Below, piece after piece: positions 53,741-64,000 of a stretch of 64,000 nucleotides of DNA. Made by a program: the position numbers and the translations under genes. Each line of letters starts with the position of its first letter. The first letter of the stretch is position 1. The DNA is from Gammaproteobacteria bacterium (GTDB lineage: Bacteria > Pseudomonadota > Gammaproteobacteria > JBCCGL01): contig OZ255836.1 in assembly GCA_965277715.1 (NCBI GenBank), positions 1,696,001-1,760,000 of the forward strand, in the 5' to 3' direction. The notes beneath the pieces were generated by a model that searched no databases, had not been told where the DNA came from, and worked only from the letters and a program-made list of their open reading frames with translations.

Positions 53741-54361
53741 CTATAATTTAATGCCCCTTGCCAGTACATAGACTTCCCGGCTTCGGGGTCTGGATGCTTT
53801 TGGTTTACGGCTAGATACCTTCGAAAAATGCTGTCGCAAAGTGTGCAGGTAATGATCAAACCCCTCCCCCTGAAACATCTTTACCAGCAGTGTGCCGCCG
53901 GGTTTAAGCACTTGTTGAGCCAACTCCAGAACCAATTCTACCAGATAGATTGAGCGCGTTTGGTCGACCACACCCACCCCGCTAATATTGGGGGCCATAT
54001 CTGAAATTACAATGTCGGCCCGCTGTGTCTGCATAGCCGCCAATACCTGCTCAAGTATAACTGATTCAGTGAAATCGCCCTCGATAAAGACCACGCCGGG
54101 TAGCGAATCCATTGGTAATATATCGCAGGCGATAACGATACCTGTATCACCCAGGCGGTGACTGGTGTATTGCGACCACCCACCTGGCGCAGACCCCAGA
54201 TCGACAACCGTCATGCCCGTCTCGAATAGTGCCTCGCGTTCATCCAGTTCCTGTAATTTGTACACAGCACGCGAGCGATAGCCCTCACGCTGCGCTCTGG
54301 CAACGTATTCATCGTCGAAGTGTTCTTTCAGCCAACGGGCGCTGCTTTTACTCTTAGCCAT
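53741..54361 (-). CDS. rlmE: 23S rRNA Um2552 methyltransferase
   Basis: [29 protein letters not shown]. Confidence 0.97.
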   Translation of the reverse strand: MAKSKSSARWLKEHFDDEYVARAQREGYRSRAVYKLQELDEREALFETGMTVVDLGSAPGGWSQYTSHRLGDTGIVIACDILPMDSLPGVVFIEGDFTESVILEQVLAAMQTQRADIVISDMAPNISGVGVVDQTRSIYLVELVLELAQQVLKPGGTLLVKMFQGEGFDHYLHTLRQHFSKVSSRKPKASRPRSREVYVLARGIKL

Positions 54362-54458
54362 ATTCAGAACCACATGAGAGACCGTTCGGATGTTTCAACA
54401 AACTGATTACAGCTTCGATATAATGCACGCACACCCTCTTCGGTCTTCGGTCACACAC

Positions 54459-54752
54459 GTGAAACTCAGCAAAACGCAACGCAAACACCTCAGCACCCTA
54501 TCTCACTCGCGCAAACCCATCGTCAGGGTCGGCCAGAAAGGCCTCTCCGAGAATATTATTCAGGAGCTGGAAAATGCGTTAAATGTTCACGAACTGGTGA
54601 AAGTTAAAATCACCACAGCTGACCGCGATGCTCGACACGAAATGATCGAGACCTTTCAGCAGCGCTGCGACTGTGAATGCATTCAAAAAATCGGCCACAC
54701 GGCGACGCTGTTCAGGCGCAACAACAAACAGCCAGTGATTGTACTACCCTAG
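54459..54752 (+). CDS. yhbY: Ribosome assembly RNA-binding protein YhbY
   Basis: KPIVRVGQKGL, HELVKVK, IGH; divergent from rlmE; probable GTG start. Confidence 0.93.
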   Translation: MKLSKTQRKHLSTLSHSRKPIVRVGQKGLSENIIQELENALNVHELVKVKITTADRDARHEMIETFQQRCDCECIQKIGHTATLFRRNNKQPVIVLP

Positions 54753-54815
54753 TGATTGTACTGCCTATGAACCCCGTGTACTCCTGGCCAATAACTTGGC
54801 CCTGGGTAGTGTAGC

Positions 54816-55292
54816 TTACACATAGCTTACCGATAAAATTTCGTACTCCACGACACCGCCGGGGGCCTGCACCTCAGCGACATCACCCTCCTCTTTACCA
54901 ATCAACGCACGCGCAACCGGTGAGTTAACCGAGATAAGCCCCGATTTTATATCGGCTTCATCATCGCCCACTATTTGGTAGCTGACTTCTACCTCGGTAT
55001 CCAGGTTGAGGATAACGACGCTGGCACCAAATACAATTTTACCCTTGGTGTTCAAAGCGGCGACATCGATAACCTGCGCATTCGACAGTTTACCCTCGAT
55101 ATCCTGTATACGCCCTTCGATAAAACCCTGTTGTTCACGCGCCGCGTGGTATTCAGCGTTTTCTTTCAAATCGCCGTGCGCACGCGCCTCGGCAATCGCC
55201 TCGATCACTTTGGGCCGGGCGTCCGTTTTTAGGTGGTGTAATTCCTCGCGCAGTTTTTCCGCACCGCGTAGCGTTAATGGTACTTTGTTCAT
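54816..55292 (-). CDS. greA: Transcription elongation factor GreA
   Basis: [20 protein letters not shown]. Confidence 0.97.
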   Translation of the reverse strand: MNKVPLTLRGAEKLREELHHLKTDARPKVIEAIAEARAHGDLKENAEYHAAREQQGFIEGRIQDIEGKLSNAQVIDVAALNTKGKIVFGASVVILNLDTEVEVSYQIVGDDEADIKSGLISVNSPVARALIGKEEGDVAEVQAPGGVVEYEILSVSYV

Positions 55293-58200
55293 GCGATTCC
55301 TTCGTGTAACTGTTGTAAACGGTAAACCGAAATGCCAGCGCCAATTTGTGCCTGGCTATGCAGGGCAGCACAGATAGCTTCGCCCCCAGCAATAGTAGTA
55401 GTGTAGGTAATTTTTTTATTCAATGCTTCACGCCGGATGGCGTAGGAGTCATTGATTGCCGATTTGCCTTCAGTGGTGTTGATAATCATATTGATTTCAT
55501 TGTTTTTAATCATATCGACAATATGCGGACGGCCCTCCTTGACTTTGTTGGCTGTTTTGCAGGCCAGCCCGGCAGATTCGATAGCCTGTGCCGTACCACT
55601 GGTGGCCAGCAGCTTAAAGCCAGCATCGTGCAGTTTTCCCGCCATCGACACAGCGTTGGGTTTGTCACGATCCCGCACACTGATAAACACACGGCCCTCG
55701 CTGGGAATACGACTGCCCGCCGCCAACATGCCCTTTAAAAACGCCTCGCCAAAGTCGGCACCGACCGACATTACTTCGCCCGTCGATTTCATCTCCGGGC
55801 CAAGCAATGGGTCGACACCGGGAAATTTAACAAAGGGGAAAACCGATTCCTTAACATTGAAATATCGGGGAATGCGCTCTTTCAAATACCCCTGACGGGC
55901 AAGTGAAACACCCGCCATACAGCGCGCCGCCACTTTCGCCAGCGGCAACCCGGTGGCTTTGGAAACAAACGGCACAGTGCGCGAAGCGCGTGGATTGACT
56001 TCGAGCACGTAAATATCATCCCCCTTAATGGCGAACTGGGTATTCATCAGGCCAACCACTTTGAGTCCACGCGCCATAGCGATAACCTGCTCGCGCATAC
56101 GGTCCTGAAGTGATACCGACAGGGAAAAGGGTGGCAGTGAGCACGCCGAATCACCCGAGTGTACCCCTGCCTGTTCGATATGCTCCATAATGCCGCCGAT
56201 CAGCACATCCGTGCCATCGCATATCGCGTCGACATCGACCTCAATAGCGTCATCCAAAAAGCGATCCAGCAACACCGGGGAATCATTCGATACCTGTACA
56301 GCCTTGGTCATGTAGCGGTGCAGTGCTTCAACATCGTGCACAATCTCCATCGCCCGCCCGCCGAGCACGTATGAGGGCCGTACCACCAGAGGGTAACCGA
56401 TTTCCTCAGCCATCAGCACAGCCTGCGGCTCATCACGCGCCGTGCGGTTGGGGGGTTGGCGCAGGCCGAGCCGGTCGATCAACTGCTGAAAGCGTTCACG
56501 GTCTTCAGCCAGGTCAATCGAATCCGGGCTGGTGCCGATGATGGGTACACCGACCGCTTCCAGCGCACGCGCCAGTTTCAACGGGGTTTGCCCACCGTAC
56601 TGCACAATCACCCCATGGGGTCGCTCGATCCGTACCACTTCCAGCACGTCTTCAAGGGTCAGAGGTTCAAAATATAAACGATCAGAGGTGTCGTAATCCG
56701 TTGAGACAGTTTCGGGGTTACAGTTGACCATAATGGTTTCATAACCGTCTTCACGCATCGCCAACGCGGCGTGCACACAGCAGTAATCGAACTCGATGCC
56801 CTGGCCGATACGATTGGGACCACCACCCAACACAATAATTTTCTTCCGCTGCGATGGATTCGCCTCACACTCTTCCTCGTAGGTGGAATACATATACGCC
56901 GTGCTGGAGGCAAACTCCGCAGCACAGGTATCGACACGTTTGTACACCGGGAAAATACCCAGTTGGTGGCGGTGCGCCCGCAGCGCGTGCTCATCACACT
57001 GCAACAGACTGGCGAGGCGGCTGTCGGCAAACCCTTTACGCTTTAGTACGAACAGTTCCGCCTTAACCAACGATGCCAAATCGCGGCCACTCAGCGCTGT
57101 TTCGCTGCGCACGATATCTTCGATCTGCACCAAAAACCACGGGTCAATTTTACTTAACGCGTGTACGCGCTCAGTGGAGTAGCCGCGACGATAGGCATCG
57201 GCCACATACCAGATACGGTGCTCACCCGGCTGTCGCAGCTCGGCGTCGATCAACTCTTCGGCGTTTTCCTGTGGCATATCAGTCGCGACCATAGGGTTAA
57301 AGCCATCGGTGCCGATTTCCAGCCCGCGCAGGGCTTTTTGCAACGACTCCTGCTGGGTGCGCCCAATCGCCATTACCTCGCCCACCGATTTCATTTGCGT
57401 GGTTAAGCGCGCATCCGCCTGGGGAAACTTTTCAAAGGTAAAGCGCGGTATTTTGGTGACGACATAATCGATACTAGGCTCAAAAGATGCTGGGGTAATC
57501 CCCCCCGTAATATCATTTTTCAGCTCGTCGAGGGTGTAACCCACTGCCAGTTTCGCCGCCACCTTGGCAATCGGAAACCCTGTCGCCTTGGAGGCCAGCG
57601 CAGAAGAGCGCGAGACGCGGGGGTTCATCTCGATAACGATCATTGCACCGTTTTCAGGATTGATAGCGAACTGTACGTTGGAACCGCCCGTCTCAACACC
57701 AATTTTGCGCAACACCGCCAGCGAGGCATTGCGCATCAATTGATATTCTTTATCCGTCAGTGTTTGTGCGGGGGCGACTGTAATTGAATCGCCCGTGTGT
57801 ACGCCCATGGGGTCGAGGTTTTCAATCGAGCAGATGATAATGCAGTTATCTTTTTTATCCCGCACCACTTCCATTTCATACTCTTTCCAGCCGAGTACCG
57901 ATTCTTCCAGCAGTACTTCGGTGGTAGGTGAGAGATCCAGGCCACGGCGTATGATCGCCTCAAATTCCTCAATGTTATAGGCAATGCCGCCGCCGCTGCC
58001 CCCCATCGTAAACGAGGGGCGGATAATGCACGGAAAACCAATTGATGCCTGCCCTTGCAGCGCCTCTTCCATGCTGTGGGCGATAAAGGCACGCGGTGTC
58101 GCCAAGCCAATATCCGACATCGCTTTGCGAAACAAATCGCGGTCTTCAGCCATATCGATGGCATCTCGCGAGGCACCGATCATCTGCACATTGTATTTGC

Positions 58201-58525
58201 TGAGCACGCCTTCACGCTCAAGATCGAGCGCACAATTGAGTGCCGTTTGCCCGCCCATCGTCGGCAATAGAGCATCGGGTTTTTCAATGTCGATAATGCG
58301 CTCTACCACCCGCCAGTCGATGGGTTCAATATAAATCGAATCCGCTGTGTCCGGGTCGGTCATTATCGTCGCCGGATTCGAGTTGATCAAAATAACCCGG
58401 TACCCCTCCTGCTTGAGAGCCTTGCAGGCCTGCGCCCCGGAATAATCAAATTCACACGCCTGGCCGATCACGATTGGTCCCGCGCCGATAATCAAAACCG
58501 ACCGGATATCTGTGCGCTTTGGCAT
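55289..58525 (-). CDS. carB: Carbamoyl-phosphate synthase large subunit
   Basis: [16 protein letters not shown], two ATP-grasp halves, MGS domain. Confidence 0.98.
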   Translation of the reverse strand: MPKRTDIRSVLIIGAGPIVIGQACEFDYSGAQACKALKQEGYRVILINSNPATIMTDPDTADSIYIEPIDWRVVERIIDIEKPDALLPTMGGQTALNCALDLEREGVLSKYNVQMIGASRDAIDMAEDRDLFRKAMSDIGLATPRAFIAHSMEEALQGQASIGFPCIIRPSFTMGGSGGGIAYNIEEFEAIIRRGLDLSPTTEVLLEESVLGWKEYEMEVVRDKKDNCIIICSIENLDPMGVHTGDSITVAPAQTLTDKEYQLMRNASLAVLRKIGVETGGSNVQFAINPENGAMIVIEMNPRVSRSSALASKATGFPIAKVAAKLAVGYTLDELKNDITGGITPASFEPSIDYVVTKIPRFTFEKFPQADARLTTQMKSVGEVMAIGRTQQESLQKALRGLEIGTDGFNPMVATDMPQENAEELIDAELRQPGEHRIWYVADAYRRGYSTERVHALSKIDPWFLVQIEDIVRSETALSGRDLASLVKAELFVLKRKGFADSRLASLLQCDEHALRAHRHQLGIFPVYKRVDTCAAEFASSTAYMYSTYEEECEANPSQRKKIIVLGGGPNRIGQGIEFDYCCVHAALAMREDGYETIMVNCNPETVSTDYDTSDRLYFEPLTLEDVLEVVRIERPHGVIVQYGGQTPLKLARALEAVGVPIIGTSPDSIDLAEDRERFQQLIDRLGLRQPPNRTARDEPQAVLMAEEIGYPLVVRPSYVLGGRAMEIVHDVEALHRYMTKAVQVSNDSPVLLDRFLDDAIEVDVDAICDGTDVLIGGIMEHIEQAGVHSGDSACSLPPFSLSVSLQDRMREQVIAMARGLKVVGLMNTQFAIKGDDIYVLEVNPRASRTVPFVSKATGLPLAKVAARCMAGVSLARQGYLKERIPRYFNVKESVFPFVKFPGVDPLLGPEMKSTGEVMSVGADFGEAFLKGMLAAGSRIPSEGRVFISVRDRDKPNAVSMAGKLHDAGFKLLATSGTAQAIESAGLACKTANKVKEGRPHIVDMIKNNEINMIINTTEGKSAINDSYAIRREALNKKITYTTTIAGGEAICAALHSQAQIGAGISVYRLQQLHEGIA

Positions 58526-59661
58526 CAGGCGTGCGCCTCCATAAGGTGGATAAAGTGGCCGAACAGCGGCGCCATATCGTGTGGTCCAGGGCTGGCTTCA
58601 GGGTGTCCCTGAAAACCGAACGCCGGGTAATCGGTACACTCGACGCCCTGCAAAGACCCGTCGAATAGCGAGCGGTGTGTGGCCTTGAGCGTATCCGGCA
58701 GGGTCGATTCGTCGAGAGCAAAACCGTGGTTTTGGCTACTGATCATCACTGTGCCATCCGCCAGGTTTTGCACCGGGTGATTGGCGCCGTGATGGCCGAA
58801 TTTCATCTTCAGGGTTTTTGCACCACAGGCCAGGCCGAGCAATTGCAAACCGAGGCAGATGCCAAAAGTGGGCACGCCCGCTGCGAGTATTTCCCGAATC
58901 GCGGCAATTGCGTAGTCGCACGGCTCCGGGTCACCGGGGCCATTGGAGAGAAACACGCCATCGGGATTCATCGCCAGCACATCGGCAGCGCTCATTTGCG
59001 CAGGCACGACAGTCACCCGGCAACCACGCTCGACCAGCATTCGGAGAATATTCCGCTTAACCCCAAAGTCGTAGGCCACCACGTGAAAGCGGATTTGCTC
59101 CGGCGTGCTATCCGCTGGCAAACCGTGTGTTAACGACCAACAACCCTGTTGCCAGTTATACGCAGCAGGTGTGCTGACTTCCCTGGCCAAATCCATCCCC
59201 TGCAAACCGGCAAAACCGCAGGCTGCCTGTATTGCCTGCTCCACATCCGGGGTATCCGATGCGACAATACAACCACTTTGTGCCCCCTTCTCGCGCAATA
59301 TACGGGTGAGCTTGCGGGTATCGATACCTGCGATAGCGACAACATGGTTGTCACGCAGATAATGATCGAGTGGTTGTTGGTTGCGAAAGTTGCTCGCCAA
59401 AAGTGGTAGATCACGAATCACTAATCCGGCACAGAACGTCCGTATGGATTCTTCGTCTTCGCTGTTGGTGCCGGTGTTACCAATATGCGGATAGGTGAGG
59501 GTGACAATTTGCCTGGCGTAAGAGGGGTCGGTGAGAATTTCCTGATAGCCGGTCATCGCTGTATTAAAAACGACCTCGGCAACAGACTGCCCCTGTGCCC
59601 CGATGGAATAGCCGTGGAAGATACTGCCATCTTCCAATGCAAGGATCGCCGGTGTATGCAA
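58525..59661 (-). CDS. carA: Carbamoyl-phosphate synthase small subunit
   Basis: [29 protein letters not shown]; TTG start with GGAGG ribosome-binding site. Confidence 0.97.
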   Translation of the reverse strand: MHTPAILALEDGSIFHGYSIGAQGQSVAEVVFNTAMTGYQEILTDPSYARQIVTLTYPHIGNTGTNSEDEESIRTFCAGLVIRDLPLLASNFRNQQPLDHYLRDNHVVAIAGIDTRKLTRILREKGAQSGCIVASDTPDVEQAIQAACGFAGLQGMDLAREVSTPAAYNWQQGCWSLTHGLPADSTPEQIRFHVVAYDFGVKRNILRMLVERGCRVTVVPAQMSAADVLAMNPDGVFLSNGPGDPEPCDYAIAAIREILAAGVPTFGICLGLQLLGLACGAKTLKMKFGHHGANHPVQNLADGTVMISSQNHGFALDESTLPDTLKATHRSLFDGSLQGVECTDYPAFGFQGHPEASPGPHDMAPLFGHFIHLMEAHA

Positions 59662-59680
59662 GTGCCCTCCGCAGACGCAC

Positions 59681-59713
59681 AAAACGGGAAGCGTCCAGGA
59701 CGTTTCCCGCTTT
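59681..59713 (-). promoter_or_regulatory. Terminator-like hairpin in the carA leader (candidate attenuator)
   Basis: Minus strand gcgggaaacgtc-ctg-gacgcttcccg-tttt, about 10 nt before the carA ribosome-binding site; no co-oriented gene upstream. Confidence 0.6.
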
Positions 59714-59875
59714 AAGTAATGGGTTGATTGAGGTTAGCACCCAATCAAAAATCGGGCGCAATTTTAACACGTCGCCTCTATTTGTCACGCGCAAAAATAA
59801 CCCGATGGTTGCCCTGGGTTTCTACTACACCCACAAGTAGTGGCATAATCTTACAAAATGCAGAGACTTCCCTAT

Positions 59876-62710
59876 ATGAAAAAATGGTTTTTGATTGCCC
59901 TCACGCTCTTGTGTACCGCACCACCGAGCCAGGCTGTAGACCCTTCGCTCAACTGGAAGACCCTGCACACCGCACATTTTTATATTCACTTTACCCATAA
60001 CCAAGAACCCATCGCACGCCGCCTGGCAAACATCGCCGAACAGGTACACGACGACCTAAGTGACTGGATAAGCTGGCAACCCGGCGAACCAACCCACATC
60101 GTGCTATCCGACGAAAGCGATGTCGCCAATGGTCTCGCCAGCCCCATCCCCTACAATCGTAGCGTACTGTTTTTAACCCCACCCAACGGTATCGACAGCC
60201 TTGAGGATTACCACGACTGGCTGACGCTGTTATTCACCCACGAGTACACACACATACTGCACCTCGATAAAGGCACGGGGTTAGCCGCTGCTGGCCGCAA
60301 CATCTTTGGTCGTTATTTCCTGTTTTTCCCCAACCTTATCCAACCGCGTTGGTTTATTGAGGGCTTAGCGGTACAGCACGAAACCAGCCGCGAGATAGGG
60401 GTAGGCCGTGGTCAGAGCAGTTATTTTCATATGCTGATGCGTAGCGAGATTGCCCAGGGTATTAAGCCCGTGGCGCAGGTTAACCAGCTTGTACGCAGTT
60501 GGCCCGCCGGGGCCGTACCGTATTTATACGGCACGCATTTCTTACAGTTCATTGAAGAAAAATACGGTGAGCAGGCCGTAAAAAAGTGGATAGACGGCTA
60601 CAGCGACAACCTGATCCCGGCCCGTCTGAACAGTACTGCACGCAGTGCAGTGGGCCAGTCACTGCCACAGTTGTGGTATGCATTCTCAGCTTGGCTGGAA
60701 CAAACCTATGCCAAACAAAATACGATTACCCACGCATCCCCCTTGACCGAGGGTGAGCGACTGACCCACCACGGATTTCGCACCGGCTCGATCAATCAAG
60801 ACAGTGAAGGTAATTTATATTACGTGCGCGAAGACCAACTGCGCCATACGGCACTGATGCGGCGTAATCACGTCGGCGATACGCGTGAACTGGCCGATTT
60901 GAATAACGGCGCCCTGATTGATGTACATAAGCAGCGCGGGGTGTTGATTGCACAACCAGAGGTGTGCAACAACGTCTCCATTTACTACGATTTATTTCAA
61001 TACCGCGAAGACCAGGGTTTGCAACGCCTCACCCACTGCGCACGCTATGTATTTGCCCGCTGGCACCCGGAGGGAGAGAAAATAGCCGCCGCCCAGGTGA
61101 CAAACGGCAATAGCGCACTGCATTTGCTCAATGCACAAGGCGTCAGTGAGGCAACTTTATGGCAGGCTGAACACGGTGAAACCCTGGGCAGCTTCGACTG
61201 GTCACCCGATGGCGAGCGCCTGGTTGCCGCTATCTGGCGGCCACAGCTCGGCTGGAATATCGAAGAGTTTGTTGTCGCCAGTCGCCAATGGATAGCGATC
61301 ACCGACTCGCCGTTGATCGAATCCTCGCCCCGCTACAGCGCAGACGGCAAGCACCTCTATTTCAGCGCCGAATACGGCGGGGTTTACAATATTTGGCAGT
61401 ATTCACCTGCGCAACAGCAATTCAGCCAGATGAGCAATGTACCCACCGGCGCGTTCCAGCCATTAATTGGCCACGATGGCGCGCTGTATTACATCGGCAA
61501 TCACGCACAGGGATTTGATATTTACCAGCTCGACCAGATGGTGGCAATCAGCACCCGCGACGCTGCACCTGTAACGCCGCTAATGCCCGCCCCCAACACA
61601 ACGCTATTACAAACCGGAGAAGTCAAAGACTACGCACCGCTGTCATCACTGCGGCCACGGGCCTGGTTTCCCCATTTGGTACTGAGCGACGGCGCCAATG
61701 AAATCGGTGCCACTGTCGACGGCAGCGATGCGATCAACCGACACAACTACGTGGCGACCCTGGCCTATGATATTGACAACAACTACCCCGTAGGCGGTTT
61801 CTCTTATCGCTACACACCGTTCAACTGGGCGAGCCTGCAAATAGCCGCCATCCGTTTTAATGATGTCACCCTGGATAACAACGACAGGGCCGTACGGATT
61901 CGCCGCGAAGACCAGCTACACCTGAATGTGCGCTTCCCTTTCAGCGGCCTGGCCAGATCCTGGCATATCCTCACAGGGCTGAGCAGCTCGCATGAATCTG
62001 ACCAAGAGACAGCGATTGGCATCACCCGGCGGGCAGACACGCGTGACAATATCGCCGGGGTGGGCCTGCTCTACTCAGATACTGACGAACAACTGCGTGC
62101 TATCAGCCCCGCCGATGGTCGTGAAATACGCCTGACGGCAGAAAACAGCGGAGTGCTTAACAGCGATTTCAGCGGCAATGTCTACCTGCTCGACTGGCGC
62201 GAATTTGTGCGCTTGGGTACGTCAGATCACGTGTTGGGTTTACGCTATGTACGCGGCCACGGCACCGACAACCCACGGCCATTTGAGCTGGGGGGAATTG
62301 GCTCTGGGTCTATTATCGGCCTGCTCAATGGCAATAACGGCGGGGCGGCTTTATTGAACCAACGGCTGTACGAATTTCGCGGCTACGATAGCAGCGTGTT
62401 CGGGTTAATTGGCCGACGCATGCAACTGCTCAGCGCCGAGTGGCGCTTCCCCATCAGCTTGATTGAGCGTGGCTGGATGGCACCGCCGGTGGGATTAAAC
62501 CGGCTCTCTGCACGTGTATTTATCGAAAATGCAGCGGCCTGGCAGGGCAGCAGCCCCCAACGCACCTTCTCATCCGCTGGATTTGAATTGCACCTCGACG
62601 TCAACGCCCTATACTTCGACGACTTTCGTCTTCGACTTGGTTACGCACACGGTTTTGATGACGTGTTGGGAGAGGATCAATTATACCTGGCCATTGGCGG
62701 TGGTTTTTAA
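59876..62710 (+). CDS. Outer membrane protein: HEXXH peptidase-like domain + TolB/PD40 beta-propeller + Omp85-like barrel
   Basis: Signal peptide MKKWFLIAL...SQA; HEYTH and WFIEGLA; repeats WHPEG, WSPDG, YSADG; FRGY loop motif; C-terminal Phe. Confidence 0.8.
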   Translation: MKKWFLIALTLLCTAPPSQAVDPSLNWKTLHTAHFYIHFTHNQEPIARRLANIAEQVHDDLSDWISWQPGEPTHIVLSDESDVANGLASPIPYNRSVLFLTPPNGIDSLEDYHDWLTLLFTHEYTHILHLDKGTGLAAAGRNIFGRYFLFFPNLIQPRWFIEGLAVQHETSREIGVGRGQSSYFHMLMRSEIAQGIKPVAQVNQLVRSWPAGAVPYLYGTHFLQFIEEKYGEQAVKKWIDGYSDNLIPARLNSTARSAVGQSLPQLWYAFSAWLEQTYAKQNTITHASPLTEGERLTHHGFRTGSINQDSEGNLYYVREDQLRHTALMRRNHVGDTRELADLNNGALIDVHKQRGVLIAQPEVCNNVSIYYDLFQYREDQGLQRLTHCARYVFARWHPEGEKIAAAQVTNGNSALHLLNAQGVSEATLWQAEHGETLGSFDWSPDGERLVAAIWRPQLGWNIEEFVVASRQWIAITDSPLIESSPRYSADGKHLYFSAEYGGVYNIWQYSPAQQQFSQMSNVPTGAFQPLIGHDGALYYIGNHAQGFDIYQLDQMVAISTRDAAPVTPLMPAPNTTLLQTGEVKDYAPLSSLRPRAWFPHLVLSDGANEIGATVDGSDAINRHNYVATLAYDIDNNYPVGGFSYRYTPFNWASLQIAAIRFNDVTLDNNDRAVRIRREDQLHLNVRFPFSGLARSWHILTGLSSSHESDQETAIGITRRADTRDNIAGVGLLYSDTDEQLRAISPADGREIRLTAENSGVLNSDFSGNVYLLDWREFVRLGTSDHVLGLRYVRGHGTDNPRPFELGGIGSGSIIGLLNGNNGGAALLNQRLYEFRGYDSSVFGLIGRRMQLLSAEWRFPISLIERGWMAPPVGLNRLSARVFIENAAAWQGSSPQRTFSSAGFELHLDVNALYFDDFRLRLGYAHGFDDVLGEDQLYLAIGGGF

Positions 62711-63219
62711 TGAGCCTGGGAATATTTTTTATCCCGGTTACCCAACCGGGCAAATTGGCACTGTTGCCACACCCCCGCACAGGCAATAGCAGTGACAATA
62801 ACACGTTAAAAAGTGAATTAAACGCATTGCGGACACAAGGCATTGATAGGTTGGTATCATTGTTGACGAACACTGAATCGCATGATCTTGGCCTTGCCAA
62901 TGAAGCCGCCTTATTCACAGCGCTTGGTGGTGAATTCACTGCGTTCCCAATCCCCGACATGTGCCTACCAGATCAGCCGCACGCTTTTATGCAATTGGCC
63001 TGCACACTCGCCGACGACATCGTACAAGGTCGCCATATCGCCATTCACTGCCGCGCCGGAATCGGTCGCTCCGGTATGTTGGGCTGTAGCGTATTGCATT
63101 ACCTTGGCATGAATATCGACAATGCCCTTGCTCACATTGGCAAATACCGTGGTCTGCGCATACCAGACACTTGCGAACAGGAAAACTGGCTACGTCAAAA
63201 CCTGCCGACCAACCAATGA
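62710..63219 (+). CDS. Cys-based protein-tyrosine/dual-specificity phosphatase family protein
   Basis: HCRAGIGRSG (CX5R) and acid loop FPIPD; TAATG overlap with the upstream gene. Confidence 0.88.
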   Translation: MSLGIFFIPVTQPGKLALLPHPRTGNSSDNNTLKSELNALRTQGIDRLVSLLTNTESHDLGLANEAALFTALGGEFTAFPIPDMCLPDQPHAFMQLACTLADDIVQGRHIAIHCRAGIGRSGMLGCSVLHYLGMNIDNALAHIGKYRGLRIPDTCEQENWLRQNLPTNQ

Positions 63220-63238
63220 TGAGAGGAATACGCCAAAT

Positions 63239-63580
63239 ATGACTGAAACCACCGCGCAAATCGACAACTTTCATGCACATATTTACTTCGACGCCGCTAC
63301 TTATCAACAAGCGGATCAACTCTGCCAACGCGCAGGAGAACACTTTGATCTAACAGTGGGCCAAATGCTGAAGAAACCCGTAGGCCCGCACCCGATGTGG
63401 AGCTGCCAACTGTTATTCAAACCCACATTATTTGGCGAAGTCATCCCATGGTTAGCACTCAACCGCAATGGACTAATTGTCTTCATCCACGCCACCACCG
63501 GCGACCACCTGAAAGACCACACCGATCACGCTATATGGATGGGTGAAAAATGCACATTAGACCTATCAATTTTTAATTAA
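63239..63580 (+). CDS. DOPA 4,5-dioxygenase family protein
   Basis: FHAHIYF, VGPHP, WLALNRNGL.VFIH, DHTDHAIWMG; GAGGA ribosome-binding site. Confidence 0.88.
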   Translation: MTETTAQIDNFHAHIYFDAATYQQADQLCQRAGEHFDLTVGQMLKKPVGPHPMWSCQLLFKPTLFGEVIPWLALNRNGLIVFIHATTGDHLKDHTDHAIWMGEKCTLDLSIFN

Positions 63581-63585
63581 TACAT

Positions 63586-63668
63586 CAGGAGCAGTTGCCG
63601 ACGACTGTAGGGACACAGAAGATAGAGCAACGCAGGAGCAGTTGCCGACGACTGTATGGATACAGGAG
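63586..63668. repeat. Tandem repeat with 47-bp period (about 1.8 copies)
   Basis: caggagcagttgccgacgactgta (24 nt) is identical at 63586 and 63633, and similarity continues (gggacacagaag / tggatacaggag). Confidence 0.85.
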
Positions 63669-63771
63669 TGAGCAAAAATTAATATCGATTTATTACAAAA
63701 AAACCCTCATAGTTAAGCGATCAACGCTTAAACCTAGAAAATGCACCACAGCGACCAGCGGATAAACATTA

Positions 63772-64000
63772 ATGACCCAACGCCCCTCCCCTACCCAAGC
63801 ACAACGCACCACAATACAAGCCTGGCGGCACGACATTCACCGCCACCCAGAACTGGCCTTTGAAGAACAACGCACCGCCGAAAAAGTCATAAAACTACTC
63901 ACCTCCTTCGGTATTCAGGTACACACAGGCATTGGTAAAACAGGCGTTGTCGGCGTACTAAAAAAGGGTAGCAGCACACGCGCTATTGGCCTACGCGCCG
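63772..64000 (+). CDS. M20D-family amidohydrolase (hippurate hydrolase-like), truncated by the window end
   Basis: Translated by hand: WRHDIHRHPELAFEEQRTA...GIGKTGVVGVL...AIGLRA. Confidence 0.9.
   Translation, partial: MTQRPSPTQAQRTTIQAWRHDIHRHPELAFEEQRTAEKVIKLLTSFGIQVHTGIGKTGVVGVLKKGSSTRAIGLRA

Noticed and set aside
63586-63668. CRISPR mini-array
   Set aside because: Only two repeats, the intervening sequences resemble each other rather than being unique spacers, and no cas genes are present

Overview
Chromosomal window from a probably marine Gammaproteobacterium (inferred from gene order: separate nuoC/nuoD, pilSR-pilA-pilBCD-coaE, secG-tRNA-Leu-nuoA-N-tRNA-Met-rimP-nusA-infB). Most of it is conserved housekeeping DNA: pdxH, moeA/mobA/tupBC, gshA, pgeF-rluD-bamD, nadE, the type IV pilus locus, truB-rbfA-infB-nusA-rimP, a complete 14-gene nuo operon, secG-tpiA, glmM-folP-ftsH-rlmE-yhbY and greA-carB-carA. 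The unusual parts are: (1) an eroded pseudaminic-acid cluster with an internally deleted pseB and no pseG/pseH; (2) short hairpin-forming MITE-like elements, three of which sit 30-40 bp upstream of start codons; (3) a LysR-comDE sulfopyruvate decarboxylase cassette between glmM and tpiA, with a structured element at each edge; (4) a probable operon encoding an HEXXH-peptidase/beta-propeller/Omp85-barrel protein, a CX5R phosphatase and a DOPA-dioxygenase-family protein. All calls come from motif recognition by eye; no database searches were run.
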